DNA of 62,683 nt, filler included, from Hausera hauseri (taxonomy: Eukaryota), in assembly GCA_046269625.1 (NCBI GenBank). It is 10 parts of 10 records of this genome, joined end to end, with 100 filler letters (N's around TTAATTAATTAA, not from the genome) between each part and the next. Parts side by side here need not be neighbours in the genome. Positions count along the whole stretch, not along the records: positions 1 to 5,921 come from JBJURY010168197.1; positions 6,022 to 15,632 come from JBJURY010329937.1; 8 more parts are not named here. The stretch is one strand, 5' to 3'. Below the pieces are notes generated by a model, which worked only from the letters and a program-made list of their open reading frames with translations, had not been told where the DNA came from and searched no databases. Shown here in pieces: positions 1 to 13,499 of this stretch (positions within the stretch are counted from its first letter, which is position 1; each line of letters starts with the position of its first letter). The position numbers were made by a program, and so were the translations under genes.

Positions 1-749
1 TTTTTATAAAAATTATTTTAATTACTTTGATTAGAAAATGTGATTAATTGATCAGGGGAATACTACACAAGTCTCTGATTTATTAGAATTACAAGACTAC
101 CGGAATTAAGCAATCCACGTTGAATTTCGTGGGAAATTCTGGTTCTGTTGGCCTGCATATTATTACCTCATTCTCAGGATAAGAAATTTGAAGAGAATAT
201 TCCATAAATTCATCGATAATAGAGACTCATTCAGTATCCTCCCCACGAGTGATTTTATTGCATGCCCCTGTTTGGACATTTAGCTTTTTCGTTGGACTTA
301 AGGATTTGGAAATATCGCTCCAAAAAACGAAATGCATTGGATGAAGGAAGAATCCGAATTGCCTGGAATAGAAGGATGTAATCGTTGTGTAAGTGGGCTA
401 CAATCATCCTTTTATTCATTTTCTCCTTTGCAATCGGGATATCTAGGGCTCGTGTGAGCTTGTCTTGTAAACTACGCAATGATTATAATGAAGTCTGGGA
501 TTAGGCGGGAGACTTGGCTAAAAGCAGACATTACAAAAGTTTTATGAATATATTTACCATGATTAAGTTAAACATGCTATCTTTAACAATCACTAATCAC
601 TTATGTAATTTGAAATGTACAAAAGAGGCATCTTCATTTCTTTGTTTATACACTAAGGTGTTCTTTTATACGATGTTATGCCCAACGAGGCTGTGTTTCC
701 ACGATTTTTTTTCCTTTGCCTGTAAATGCAATTTTGTTGTTTCCTCTAC

Positions 750-3700
750 CATTGTAAATTTTTTAATGATAATATCGATATTCAGTCGAGATTTGGTTTT
801 GACAACTACGATTGTGTTGGTTCAGTACATTCACTAGACAAAATTACCTCTTCAAAAACTATTTTTAATACTACTATCCTACATAAAATTCCCGTTGATT
901 TCAATAACTCGTAAACATCACTCGTTACTGCACATATTGACTCAACACCATCAACATCACCAATCTATCGCAATTTCCTGCAAGTCTACGGCAATACATA
1001 CACACTTCATGCCCCTGCTTAATCCAGAAGGATCGAATCTTCACACCTACAAACAGCATTTTTCATCACATCATAAGGCAACACCAAAGACCTACTTGTC
1101 AAAAGGTACGTCCATTGTCACCTCGTCGTAGGCAAGCTGTCGAAGCGGAATTTCTAGACCTTGAACGTTCCGGCATTGTACGCAGATCTAAATCGCCGTA
1201 GTCTTCGCCTTTATACGTTGTCCAAAAAAGATGGATCCTTCCGACCATGCGGTGATTACCGTCAGCTAAACACTTTAACTGTTATGGATACATATTTTTA
1301 CCATTAATTAAGGATATTCCACTACAGTATATTCAACCATAGACTTAGCCAAGGCATATCATACAATTCCTGTAGCACCCGAGGACATCGAGAAAACTGC
1401 CGTTACGACACCTTTCGGCCTGAACGAATACATTCATATGCCTTTTAGTTTACGCAACGCTGCGCAGATTTCCAACGTCACATCGATTCCATCCTCTCGG
1501 ATTTCACTTTCACAAATCCATATATTGACGATATCTTGATTGGTTCGTCTTCAACCAAACAGCATGAGGAACACCTTTGTTTTATTTTCGAACGACTTAA
1601 GCACCATAATTTACAAATTAATTTTACGAAATGTCAATTCTTCCAAAAGCGTATTAACTTTCTCGGACACATCATTTCAGCAAATGGTCATTCTCCTCAG
1701 CCAGAACGTATTGAAGCTCTCAAAAGTATACAACTACCTCGAACAACAACAGAAATGAGGAGCTTTTTTGGAACTTTGCATTTCGTTCAGAAGTATGTGC
1801 CGTACTGTTCTAAACTTACCGCAATATTTTCTCACTTAAGCGGTGGCAAAAAACGTCAGCCAATCCAGTGGACACCTGATTTAATTGATAAGTTTGATAT
1901 CCTACACGAAGGAATTAAAACCGTCGACATTCTCGCTTTGCCCAAGACTGATGCGGAACTTATCCTTATTACAGATGCTTCGACCACTGCGGTAGGTGCT
2001 GTGCTTAAACAAATACACAAAGGAGAAAATCAACCACTAGAATTTTTTTCTCGTAAGCTAACATACCCTGAAACTCGATATTCAACGTTTGATCGAGAAT
2101 TATTGGCCATAGTTCTCACTTTAAAGCATTTCTCACATCTACTTGTCGCTCGTCATTTTACCATACAGACCGATCACAAGCCCTTCTAAGCATCATGACT
2201 ATGAAGCATCCTTCCTCGCGCCAAGAACGACAGATATCATATCTGTAGACATTTAACTTTGACATTAAACATATTAATAGGGTTAATAATTTGGTTGCCG
2301 ATTTCCTATCTAGGACGATTGGTTAGATTAATTTTTCACCAATATTCTCTCAAGTACAACTTCAACAGAACCAACCACCTCAGGGCACGCTTAATTCTTT
2401 TAATTCTTACACAGTTGTTGACGGCGTGGCTTTAGACACTTCCAAACCAGGTCATTCTGTAATAATTCTTGAACCACCTTTACAGCGGCAAGCGTTTAAT
2501 AGTGTACATTCACTGCACCATCCTGGTGCTAAGGCAACTTTTCGCTTACTCTACCTGCAAGTAATATGGCCGACTATGCGTTCTGATGTGCAAGCGTGGG
2601 TTAAGGAGTACGTGGTTTGTCAGAAATTTAAAATCACCAAACATTTGAAGCCACCACTATATCATTTCCCTTGCACATCACGTTTCGAGTCTGTTCATGT
2701 TGATCTCGTTGGCCATCTTCCTCCTGACAGCGGCCATCAGTTCATTTTGACCATGATGGATCGTTTTTCACGTTGGCCAGAAGCTGTCCTCCTACGGAGT
2801 ACTAACACGGACACAATAGCCGACGTTTTCATACGCACTTGGATCAGCAGATTTGGATCCCCTAGATTCATTATTACGGACCAAGATACTCAGTTTGAGT
2901 CCAATTTGTTTAAATATCTCATTAACCTCTTAGGAATCAGCCATATACACATCGCCGTATCACCCCCAATCGAATGGTCTTCTAGGGAGATTCCACAGAA
3001 CACTAAAAACGTCACTGAGAATCCTCGCAGAATCCTATAGCAGTTGGATTACTCTTCTTCCGTTGGTTCTTCTGGGTTGACGTAACACCCCTTCTACTTC
3101 TACTGGTTGTTCACCTACGGAAGCCCTTTTCGGAACACCTGTACGTTCATTATTTGAGTTAAATGCTTTGGAAGATACACCTACAAACGAAGCTATTCGA
3201 ACGGCACAGAATCATTTTGTCCCAGTTAGTAAAATTCATTCTGCAGAATAATACATAACAATAAAACGTACCTACCCGACGATTTATATTCTGTAAAGTT
3301 TGTCTGGCTGAAAAAGCAGACGCGGTGCGGTTTTCAACAACAGTATTTGGGGCCCTACAAACTCGTTCAATTGCATTCGCACAATGCCATTATTTCAAAA
3401 GACGGTAAGGAAATGGTGGTTCATGGCAACAACGTAAAGCTTGCTTTTTCGTAGATGATACAACCGAATTGAATCTTTTACCTCTTTTTGACTCCTCACC
3501 TTTTCCTCCTTACGTTCCTCCAACACCTGTACCCCTTTCCATGCTGCCCCCTATTTCTACTACTCTACCAAAACTTCGCCCAAGCTCCAATTCTACTACC
3601 CTAGTAACTTTTACTTCCTCTTTCCCTACATCTTATCCTCCATCTTCTTCTCCATCCTTGTACGACAGAACACCTAACACGACCAAATCCGACTTTGTTG

Positions 3701-3902
3701 TATCTCAAGCACCTCAACAAGAAGGTTCAAAGACATTGAAAATTCACAAATCAGTCACATTTACTACCTACAGTAAGGAGACTAACACTGCAGGAGTACA
3801 ACGTCTTACCCACACAAAGACCACTTAGACTTCCCGAACCGTTTCCATCCATTTTTTACTTTCTTACCTCTCTAGTCGTTGCTTTGTCACGGAGTGGGGT
3901 GA
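750..3902 (+). mobile_element. Degenerate Ty3/Gypsy LTR retrotransposon, pol region (RT, RNase H, integrase) plus S/T/P-rich tail; family A
   Basis: Frameshifted RT ([28 protein letters not shown]), RNase H (LITDASTTAVGAVL, YSTFDRELLAI, TDHKP), integrase (HSLHHPG..C, HVDLVG, DRFSRWPEA, TDQ..QFES). Polypurine tract GGAGTGGGG at 3891-3899. Confidence 0.95.
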
Positions 3903-4065
3903 TGTTTTGCCAAACAAGAGCCGTTTATTTACTTGTAAATATACTGTTATCGTTTCTCTCATCTTTTGTTACTTGTCCTTGTTTATCTTTGCAGTTGCCA
4001 ACAGGTTGGTGTACTTTTGTCAATTTTGTCTCGTCGTGCCGGAATATCTCATCAGGACCACAACA
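3903..4065 (+). repeat. Probable short 3' LTR (TG...CA)
   Basis: Starts with TG right after the PPT and ends ...ccacaaca; the right boundary is a guess. Confidence 0.45.
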
Positions 4066-4179
4066 AGCCTGATTTGTGGATCCTTATTGATTGTAAACAG
4101 TTTCGAGTGTTGACAAACGCGGGAAGCAAATCGACGTTTGATGTGTCTGGTGATGGTCACAATCCGATCATTCTTGTTG

Positions 4180-4427
4180 CCAATATATTCGAATGTAAAT
4201 TCTATAACAAGAATCTCTACAATTATCAGAGACTGAGATCTCACAGTATTCTTCATAAAGACCACCAAGCGTGTCTCTGTGTATTTTCTGATTGTGAAAT
4301 GACTTTTGAGGAATCGGATGATTTCGTCAATCGTTTGGAAAGCCACAGGAAGGAGAAGAATATAAAATTTATTTGCCGGTTTTGTAATTTGACTTACGGA
4401 TCTCTTTACGAACTGATTTTTTATTGA
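4180..4427 (+). pseudogene. C2H2 zinc-finger gene fragment
   Basis: CVFSDCEMTF...LESH and FICRFCNLTY..LYEL are degenerate C2H2 patterns. Confidence 0.5.
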
Positions 4428-4611
4428 AATGATCATGGGAATTGTGCTGATGATTCCAACAATGTTTGCCAGAAACCAGCAGTCAACCTTATTAATTACA
4501 TCGAAAACTTCATCATGTAATCTCGCTAGCGCACAGCGCCAAAAGGAGCTTGAAAATTCCAGAGTAGCTACAATTCAATCACACTTCCAAATAGATTCTT
4601 TATCCGCATAA

Positions 4612-4830
4612 TTGTCCGAAAATAATCTTACAGTTCTTATTGGACTTCAATATCAAGATAATTCTTTTTTGTGGGCAAATAAGAAATATGACTATTTTAC
4701 AAATTGGGGCCAAAATGAACCAGCCTTTGACTTAAATAAAAATGTGTATATATGGATTTCAGTGAACAGAAACTTGGTGATTGGTTCAGTGTTAGCCACA
4801 AGGAAGAATTTAATGTTTTGTGTGAAATAA
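4612..4830 (+). pseudogene. C-type lectin domain fragment
   Basis: LIGL....FLWAN....FTNWGQNEP matches the CTLD WIGL/W/NW..EP motif; C-terminal part is frameshifted. Confidence 0.65.
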
Positions 4831-5059
4831 ATTCTTCATCAAATCAAGAAAATTACGATAGGAATAGCTTACTTAAAAAAGACTATGATTTTGTAAATAT
4901 TGATAAGTATTGAATTTGTTAATTTGAAAAATGATATCTTGTTTTTGCTAAAGCATTTTGTTTTGAATGATTGAATCAAGTAAAACTCCTGATTTAACTC
5001 TGAAACTTCAATCATCATCATTTTAACCTTTGTATAAAGTCATGTTTTCTGTTTCAGTC

Positions 5060-5921
5060 TGTTTTACAAAGCCAACTAAAACCGATCGGTTATTAAATGG
5101 CTACAAACAGAAATTTAATGAGTTTCTAAAATTCGTCTACTGTATTCACTGAAATACTGTGCACAACATTGTGAGATATCGGTAAATACATGGGCCCGAT
5201 GATATTTACGTGAGCAGTTTCGCCCGGTGTTTTGTACGTGTCCGAATCCAGTCCGATAAAAGCCAATATTTGTTTACGGTCTCCGCCAATATATACGGGT
5301 TCCGTTAGATCCGTTAAGATATTAATTCGATGAATTGCTGTGTAGAGACGTGGTTCGTGTTTATCAACAATAGGCCGTCCGCCATCGGTTTGACCGAATT
5401 CTCGTTTCTTAAGACAGATTCCGTGCCAATACCTCATCAGAGGTAAAATATGTAATATTATCATGTAGTGTAAACGAAATAAGACCATAAGAGTATAAAT
5501 CAAATGTCTTGAGAGACAATTTTGCTACTGCCTTGATGGTTTCACACAATTCTGTTTCCGTTTCCGTAAGAAAACTAGTTCCTGTTGTATGAGAGTAAAA
5601 GCATGATTCAATCTTTTGCCAGTTCACTGTAATATCGGTGGTTTCATGAAATAGTTCAATTTTTCACTAATTATTCTATGTCCATCGAGCTGTAGACCTT
5701 TCGAGCGCATATTGACAGATTGAAAATCCCATGCCAGAGCGCCGGCTGGTGACTTAAATTGCAATTCAATTGGATGTTGGTGTTTTAGCACTAATCGATT
5801 GTTTAAATGAAAAATAAAAACAAGGAAATATTGCCGCTTGTAATTGCGAACCTCAAATCCCTTAGAGTCTCGGACTAACTGCAAATGACTAGATGCAAGA
5901 GATTGTCTTAGTAGAGTATAG
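5060..5921 (-). pseudogene. Polinton/adintovirus minor capsid (penton) protein, frameshifted, truncated by the spacer
   Basis: C-terminal INILTDLTEPVYIGG..KQILAFI....MYLPISHNVVHSISVNTVDEF fits the Polinton minor-capsid pattern (Y.DIVEP..VGD...LLR...Y.P.....I.I...D). Confidence 0.7.
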
Positions 5922-6021
5922 NNNNNNNNNNNNNNNNNNNNNNNNNNNNNNNNNNNNNNNNNNNNTTAATTAATTAANNNNNNNNNNNNNNNNNNNNNNN
6001 NNNNNNNNNNNNNNNNNNNNN
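5922..6021. other. Artificial contig spacer
   Basis: 44 N + TTAATTAATTAA (stops in all six frames) + 44 N. Confidence 0.98.
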
Positions 6022-6029
6022 GCTATAAA

Positions 6030-6863
6030 TTGGGATTGCACAAAGGTCGTGTGATTGTCGGCAAATACAACGAGGAAAATATGTTACTTGTATTTGAAAT
6101 GAGTGAAGAGTTGCTGAGTAAATGTCCGGAAAAGTATGTGAAACCGATTGCCAGATTGGGTGCTATTCCGAGAATTCTGGCTGTTGTAGAAAACACTTTG
6201 TCATCGTTCAGGAATTTGCAGGCCGAATGCAAGTATTTCATCGATTTCCAAATGTCAGTGATGCCAATTACAGACAGTCTCCCAATATATAATCAGTACT
6301 ACTGGCGTGAATGGAGCTTTATCTTCACAAATAATTCCATGTTCTCTTTCAATTCTAAAGCCTTGATCAAAATCCATTTATCTTCTGAATCATTGAAAAA
6401 TAATGAATTAAAGCCATCAATTGCTGTTCAAAACAAACCTAATAGTTTCTTTGGAAATTCAGACAAATCATCTCGGAAAAATCTGTTTAAAGTGTTCTAC
6501 ACTGAACTTTTAAATATTCAGTCAAAAGGTGTATTTAAGAATTTGTTTTCCGTATTAGATCAGAGTACTAGTAGCATATTCAAAGGTATTTCGTTTAGTC
6601 GCACTGCTGAGAATGACATTCTTGCTATTACTGTGGTAAATTATGATGCATCAAATTCTCTTTTATCCGAATATCTAATCATCGGTGCTTGCAATAAAGG
6701 GATTAAACTAACGAAGAAAATGTCACAAATGGTAAATGCCGAAGAATCCAAAAGTGTATCATATCAGTATTCAAGTGGGAAATTGCTGGAATACGTAGAG
6801 CACAAGTCGGATACACCATTTTGGCACACAAAGCAAATTTTCATACAATTATTCAATAAGTAG
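6030..6863 (+). CDS. Unknown protein, 5'-truncated by the spacer
   Basis: 277-codon open frame in AT-rich DNA; no recognisable motif. Confidence 0.45.
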   Translation: MGLHKGRVIVGKYNEENMLLVFEMSEELLSKCPEKYVKPIARLGAIPRILAVVENTLSSFRNLQAECKYFIDFQMSVMPITDSLPIYNQYYWREWSFIFTNNSMFSFNSKALIKIHLSSESLKNNELKPSIAVQNKPNSFFGNSDKSSRKNLFKVFYTELLNIQSKGVFKNLFSVLDQSTSSIFKGISFSRTAENDILAITVVNYDASNSLLSEYLIIGACNKGIKLTKKMSQMVNAEESKSVSYQYSSGKLLEYVEHKSDTPFWHTKQIFIQLFNK

Positions 6864-7169
6864 CTTTCGGCATCACCTTCTGCTCCATAACCACCTCAGC
6901 ATACTGGGGCTGCAAGTTCTCTCTCTCTCTCTCGGCTCGTTAATTTTAACTACAAAATCGTTCAATGCGCCTGTAACGGTATTAAAATTAGTGAAACCAG
7001 TCACGTTAGAGGAAAAACCTCTAGATTAACTGCCCGAGTCAATGTCTTTTCAAGGTAATTGTGATAGACATTCACGTATCAGTATCTTATTATTTAATAC
7101 ATGGAATAATGTTTATAATTTACAAAAAAACTAATACATCTCAATCACCAAATGATTTGGGTGAGAAAT

Positions 7170-8345
7170 CGAGCGTGACCGCCCCTGTTTCGCCTCGTCG
7201 CTTATCCCTGTTTATTTTCCTCAATAATACACACCTTCATATCTTTAGTGCGCAACACACGGATACGTTACATCGCCTTCACGCACATCTATCCTCTCTC
7301 CTCAACTCATCAGACTTTTATCTCTCACATCACGGTTCTATACTTAATGTCCATGATCAACTTTCTGCATTTTCCTCCAAAATTATCCACCTTACTCTTC
7401 ACTTTTGCCTACGGGGTGGATCGTACCCCAACCCTTTTTCTGTTGAAAATCCCACTAAGACCAGATCTGGTCGTCGTCCTGCCGACCCCGCACCAACTAC
7501 ATCTCCAAATCTCCCTTGCACAGATTATTTTCTCGACAAGGCGAATTCAAGTCGTGCATGGTTACAATTCCATTTGCAATGACTTAAAGCCAATCATATC
7601 ACAGACTCCTTTTTGCAGGCGAACAGCTTGCTGCTACTACTTCCAGCTAATATCAAGCAGCAAATCAATAATCTGGCCGACATACTAACCTCTTTGAATC
7701 TATATGATATGCTTTATGAATCAGTTCTACCGACCTTTCCATTGACAGCATAATTCAGAAATACTTTAATGAACATGCCATCGGAAATAAAAAACCATCG
7801 GATTTCCTTAAAACTGCAATATCTCAACTGAGTTCGTTAGGCGTCACTCCTATAAACAATACCGATCTTCGTTGGTATTTTCTTTCATCCTTGACAACCT
7901 CAATCAGAGCGCTGCTCACTGTAGTAGACGACTCAATGGCCCTTGAAAAACTCACCTTATTGACAGACAAAAGCTTTGACATTTTGCAATCTAATAGTCA
8001 ACAACCAGTAGCTGCAGCAACCGCTCACACACCTTCAAACAGAAAATACTTCACTTTCACAACAATTGTAAATGATGCAGCAACAGTTTGACGAGTTACA
8101 GCAGTCGATTTTGGCCATTACTACCCAACTAAATAATCTTAATGGGCCTCAACGAAGTGAAACCAGACCTTCAAGGAAGAGAAGCATTTCCAGACACTCT
8201 TCGATCCATTTCACTTGGCGGACACATGACTTGCTTTTATCACACACGATTTCGAAGGGATGCTAGGAAATACTTTTTGGGCTGTCGGTTCTACAGCGAA
8301 CGGTACGCTGTGGACAACCCCATTTGCGTCTATCACAATAAGTTT
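7170..8345 (+). mobile_element. Gypsy family A gag, degenerate
   Basis: FFLDK....AWLQFHLQ..IT...LP..I..LADIL....YD.L, IRALLTV...LEKL..L.DK, and C-terminal CFYH.RF..A..C / CVYHNKF motifs; near-identical to 13500-14115 and homologous to 57559-58150. Confidence 0.85.
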
Positions 8346-8786
8346 CAGTCACGGTTTTGTACTTATCATAATTCGAATAATTAACAAGTGACAAATGTGT
8401 CAAAATTTGATATCATAAAATTTCCAGGAGTTTATTCAAAATGAAATCTGATTCAATATTAAAATCCACGGATTTAGAATGAATGATATAATTTCCAAAA
8501 CAACAGCGACGTAAAATGTTTACTGATGAAAATTCAGAATCAGAGATTAATTGTAATTTAGACTAATATAAAAATTCTGAAATAAAATGGCAGAGAATCA
8601 CAATATTTTTTGAATACGTTTTTAAGATTTATTTACAATAATCATTTTTTAATATCGATAAACAAAAGCAATACAATTTTCAATCTTTGTACAAATTATT
8701 GTTGACACTAATACATGCACACATCTTTACATACCCCAAATGATGAAATAAACACATGTTCGTTTTAACCCTTCCTCACCATTGCT

Positions 8787-9190
8787 CTAGCTAAATAATA
8801 AATGAATATTTCGAAAATCTAATTCGAGTTTGTCATCTGTCGAAATAAAATAAACATTTGTTTCACTTCGGGATTCTCGGAACCGAATAAATTCAAATCC
8901 TTTATACTTCTTCCTGTAACACGCAACACTACCAACGAGAATTTTCACAGCAGAAAGTATTCCCAGTGTTGTGTAAATTATGATTTTCTGACTGGGTATT
9001 GAACGTTGTTGTTTGCTGCCTGATATCTTAAACGGATCTTTCGTTTCATTGAGATACAATACCATAGCATTGGTAAATAGATCCAATCTTTGGACACAAG
9101 GCATTGTTTTGGATGGACCGAATATTCCGTTAAATATAACGGTGTCTTCTGTTGACTGCTAAGTAGCGTGGGGTAATGTGGGCAATACAC
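8787..9190 (-). pseudogene. Fragment of a single-pass membrane protein gene
   Basis: Hydrophobic IIIYTTLGILSAVKILVGSVACY followed by basic RKKYK stop-transfer; frameshifted. Confidence 0.35.
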
Positions 9191-9242
9191 ACGGGCTAGA
9201 TCATGTGTGCCTGGTTGTAAACATTACAACGATAAATCTCGT

Positions 9243-10428
9243 TTTTCCTCCTCCTCTTCCTTTCCTCCCAAACCTTCAAAAACCTAATAACGCCGCCAGA
9301 TTTTACGGCACATTCTGGCGCAGGCAATATCGCTCAATCTTCTGGCCGTATCAACACCGCCTCTGCAGTCTTTCTGTTGAAACCTGTACTGTTATGCACA
9401 GATACTTCACATATCGACTTCCTTATAGACTCAGGAGCTGCCTTTTCGCTCCTTCCATTGTCCTCCGTTCCTACATCAACTATGATTTCCTGTCCACCGC
9501 TTTTCACTGCCAGTGGTCAACAGTTGCATGTTGCAGGAACCACAGAATTAACTTTCACATTCGCCAACTTGCCGGATAAATTTGTCTGGAAGTTCCACGT
9601 GGCCAACATTAAATCTCCCATAATAAGCTCAGATTTTCTCGCCGTACATGAACTATTGGTCTTTCGCAAATACAGCTGTCTTTTAAGCAGGAACTCAATT
9701 GCAACTCCAAACATGTCTCGTGGACAACTTAGCGAGCAATTCACTGCACTCATCTATGAACCTGTTGAACGCTTCTTCATCTATAAAAAACTTCCGATAA
9801 AGTCGCCAATATTTCCATCGTGAACGACAATCATAAATCTATCCTAAAACAAAAATCCAAATTAGGCGTCGACAGTAGCAATGCCAGCTGCTTTTCGTCA
9901 ATCACTGGAGCTGTTATCTCTAATGACATGCCTCATTCATTCTTGTCGCGACTCCAATCTTAAATCATACGTCACAACGTCTTGTTTTCACACAGATAAA
10001 AGGGACGTCAACTTCAAGCCTCCATCCACAACTTATCATCACATAGTAACAGAGAATCAGAGGCCGATCAAACAAAAGGTCAGACCTTTGTTGCCACGCA
10101 GACGTAAAGCTGTGGAACAGGAATTTAATGAACTGGAAAGGTCTGGCATCATTCGGAGATCCAATTCACCGTGGGCTTCTCCTCTTCATGTAATGGTAAA
10201 GAAAGATCGTACTATAGGCCATGTGGCGACTATCGTCAATTAAACAACTTGACTATTACAGATGCCTATCCACTACCACTCATTAAAGACATTCTTCATA
10301 GCCTCAACAACATCAATACCTATTCTACCATTGATCTGCACAAAGCCTACCATCAAATTCCTGTTGCTCCTGATGACATTCCAAAAACTGCTGTCATCAC
10401 ACCATTTCGTCTTTACGAATACATCTGT
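9243..10428 (+). mobile_element. Gypsy family A protease and N-terminal RT, degenerate
   Basis: DFLIDSGAAFSL retropepsin, IIRRSNSPWASPLH, RPCGDYRQLN, DLHKAYHQIP, KTAVITPF. Confidence 0.92.
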
Positions 10429-12539
10429 TAAGGTTAGTTTTGACTCATGTTGTCTTGCCAAGAACCTACAACCCAATGACGTTTCAAATTACTATACTTT
10501 CAAATTTTACATTGTGTAAATTATTGTGGTTAATAGTTCATCTTGGCTTACCAAAAGACGACATTCCAATGACATTTCAATCATTGTGGTTAACTCGAAA
10601 TTTAACAGATTAATAATTTGACATCGTGGAATTATTGATCAAATAAACTGTTATTTTGTCTCGTTTTGTTTTGTGTCAAACCCTTTTTGATGGGTATCTC
10701 ATTATTATTATCATCACTGCAGCATGTACATGTGTTGTTATCCACAACCTAATGCGGCTATGAACAGCAAGTAAAATCGAATTCCATACAAAATACATAG
10801 TATACAAAGCATTAGAAAACAAAAGGAATGAATTTCATAAATGGTTTCATAATTTGATTCATGAAATATCAGACCAGAAAATTAAGAAATTTGGGTTAAT
10901 TAAAACGATATAAGTTAATTAGAATAAAATTGAAAAAAACATTATATACAATTTCAAAATTGGCCACACATGTTGATAATTGAATGTGCATGCGTTTTGA
11001 AAACCAGTTACACATGCTCATTGTCTGGAAATGAGACGTTAGCAATTTAAAAAAATCAATTAATTAAACATTTGTCGCTAATTGAAACAAGCTGATTACC
11101 TGAATATGAACCACCAGTAATTTTTTAAAATCAATAAAGCCAATTTTAAGAATGAAAGCCAAACAGAATGTAACATTTGTTATTAATCGAAATCAATTAG
11201 TAAAATGCCAAAAATCAGTATATATGCTGATTAGAAAAGGTGAAACAACACATACTTATTCACTTAATTGGTTATAATTGCAATTGACTGAAAGGCTTCA
11301 GATCTTCAGGAAGACATACAAGTAATAATTCTGGTATTCTCAAGGTGAAAATAATTCTTATTTAGCAGACATACTACAGTTAACATTAAGCAGGTCCATA
11401 AGATAATCCATACAACAAGGATAGGAATATTCGTCGAAAAAATTAATAACTTTGTCACAGTAAATACAAAATGAGTCAAGACAGAGTCAATAATCATAGA
11501 ACAGTAGAAATAAATGGTATACTATTAATTATGTTAATAATCATGTATTCATGCCGCTAGTTTTATGTAGATATTTGTGATAAAATAAATTTTATGAATA
11601 AAAATGCCAAATATTATAACAAGTTCCTCTAGTTTTGTAGATGTGAAGGTATGGGAGTGAACCGTACGCGTGGGATCTTCTGAATTTTTGATAAAATCAG
11701 TGGAAAGATTATCTTGGATCGCAAAGAGGCTTATGCCAATGAAGGTTGATGGTTGGATCATTGAAGATAATGCCCACTCTAAATACTGATCGAGTGGATG
11801 AGGAAGCAGGCATAGCTGTATTCTTCTAATCATTAATTACATATAGTCAAAGACAAGATAAATAATAATCCTATTGATTTCAGATAAAAGAAAGTTATGA
11901 CTCGAATGGTATTGAAATACAGAGGTATAATATGGAGTAAATGATATGTGGAATCATCGAAATCACGTAATTCAACTGAGAGTCATATTCAAGTCATACG
12001 TAAAATAAGAAATATGTGATGGTCCATTCATATTCGTAAAAGAATGACTCGATTATAATGATTATATGGATATTGTTACCTGAAGCTATATAATGGTTGC
12101 GTCATTGTTGCATCATTGCGCGAGTATGCTTATTGCACAAAACTAATATTAATACCGATTATTGATAAAGGGACCATTAAACAATGTACTCATGATGGAG
12201 AGTAAATTATCCGATTATAGATAATGATTTTAAGTCACTGATATTTTGTGATTGATAATGTATGCGAGTACCAAAATATAACATTTGTTTAGACCTTAGA
12301 GCTATTGAATTTAAGGTTTAAACCAGGTTGATTGTACTGATGGAGGATACAAGTATAAACTCAATTGCGACTGTGGTAGCCTTATGCTATTAATTAAAAT
12401 ATACGATAATAAAGCAAATAATCATTAATGTTGCGACTCGGGGTCTTATACCTCATCGAAGAATAATTCGTGTTATCTGATGGATATGAATACATTTTTT
12501 TCCATTTACATTTTTTTCTTGTCACGGGGGAGGGGCTGA

Positions 12540-13154
12540 TGTGGTGCCACGGTCGCGGGCGCAGCTCGTTTTCTCGCCAGAGAGCAAGTCGCCAATCTCC
12601 AATTTCCGAAGACATCTCCAATTCCTCTCATTCAGCAAGACAGAAAATCAGCAAATCTTCTACATAGGCGAGGATTCAACTTTAAGCGGAAATTGCAATC
12701 TCTTAGACTCGTTCAGGATCATCTATCAAGTCAAACAATAAAGGACTATCATTCTGTCGAATCATCAAAACTGCTCCAAAACCAAATGAACTTTTCATCA
12801 TTCTATTCACAATATTGTTTTAATATATGAAAATTGTTACGTCATTTCACACTTTTACAATGTTCTCTTCTAACAGGCAGTGCAGTTCGTCTCAAGTCAA
12901 TTACGTCATCTCGCACGTCCACAACATTCCTTGGAAGCGTTTCTGATCAAAAGATGCTTAATTGCACAAAACCTGTATAAACATTGGTATATGCATTTGA
13001 TTACAAAAAAATTGATTCTTGTTGATAATTAATAGTCAATAGACAACATTTGAATTTTGAATAAAGCGTAGTTCAGCTACTCTTCTTTTTTCTCGATTTT
13101 GGATTTAACTTTTGGGAATTAATTCAATCATAAAATTGGTGTCAGAAATGGGAT
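12540..13154 (+). repeat. LTR with upstream PPT and downstream tRNA-Leu-type primer binding site
   Basis: GGGGGAGGGG (12526-12535), then TG start at 12540; TGGTGTCAGAAATGGGAT at 13137-13154 resembles the common Gypsy tRNA-Leu PBS. Confidence 0.7.
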
Positions 13155-13499
13155 TCAACCAGCAGTTACATTTTGTTCACAAAAAATGACCAATAATAAC
13201 AATACACCTTTCAACAGAATTATATTGGAATTAATGCTTCAACAACTGCATCTCTAGTAACTTCAGAAAACGATGAAAACCAGAAGCAGATGAATACGCC
13301 CTTTTCAACCAGTTTCACGCCGGATAATCCAGGTTCATTGGAGTCTACCACGAATACTGCAGATACAAAGCTTACAATAATTGCGGGTGCCTCTGTGACA
13401 ACTCAGACCTCACAGTCCATTGGAATTTTTCAAAGTAATTTTATGATTGGATATCTTTCTACATTTACGGCGCATTCAATAAACTGTATAGCTGAGGGA

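Noticed and set aside
1-740. Short ORFs at the window start
   Set aside because: No recognisable motifs; cannot be supported.
5966-5977. TTAATTAATTAA as a biological motif
   Set aside because: Always centred in exactly 44+44 N; assembly linker.
10500-12400. Multi-pass membrane/GPCR-like gene on the minus strand (similar hydrophobic ORFs at 31530-33500)
   Set aside because: Only short hydrophobic ORFs in very AT-rich DNA; I could not build a consistent gene model.
13137-13160. tRNA-Leu gene on the minus strand
   Set aside because: Only about 18-20 nt match a tRNA 3' end including CCA; it is a primer binding site.
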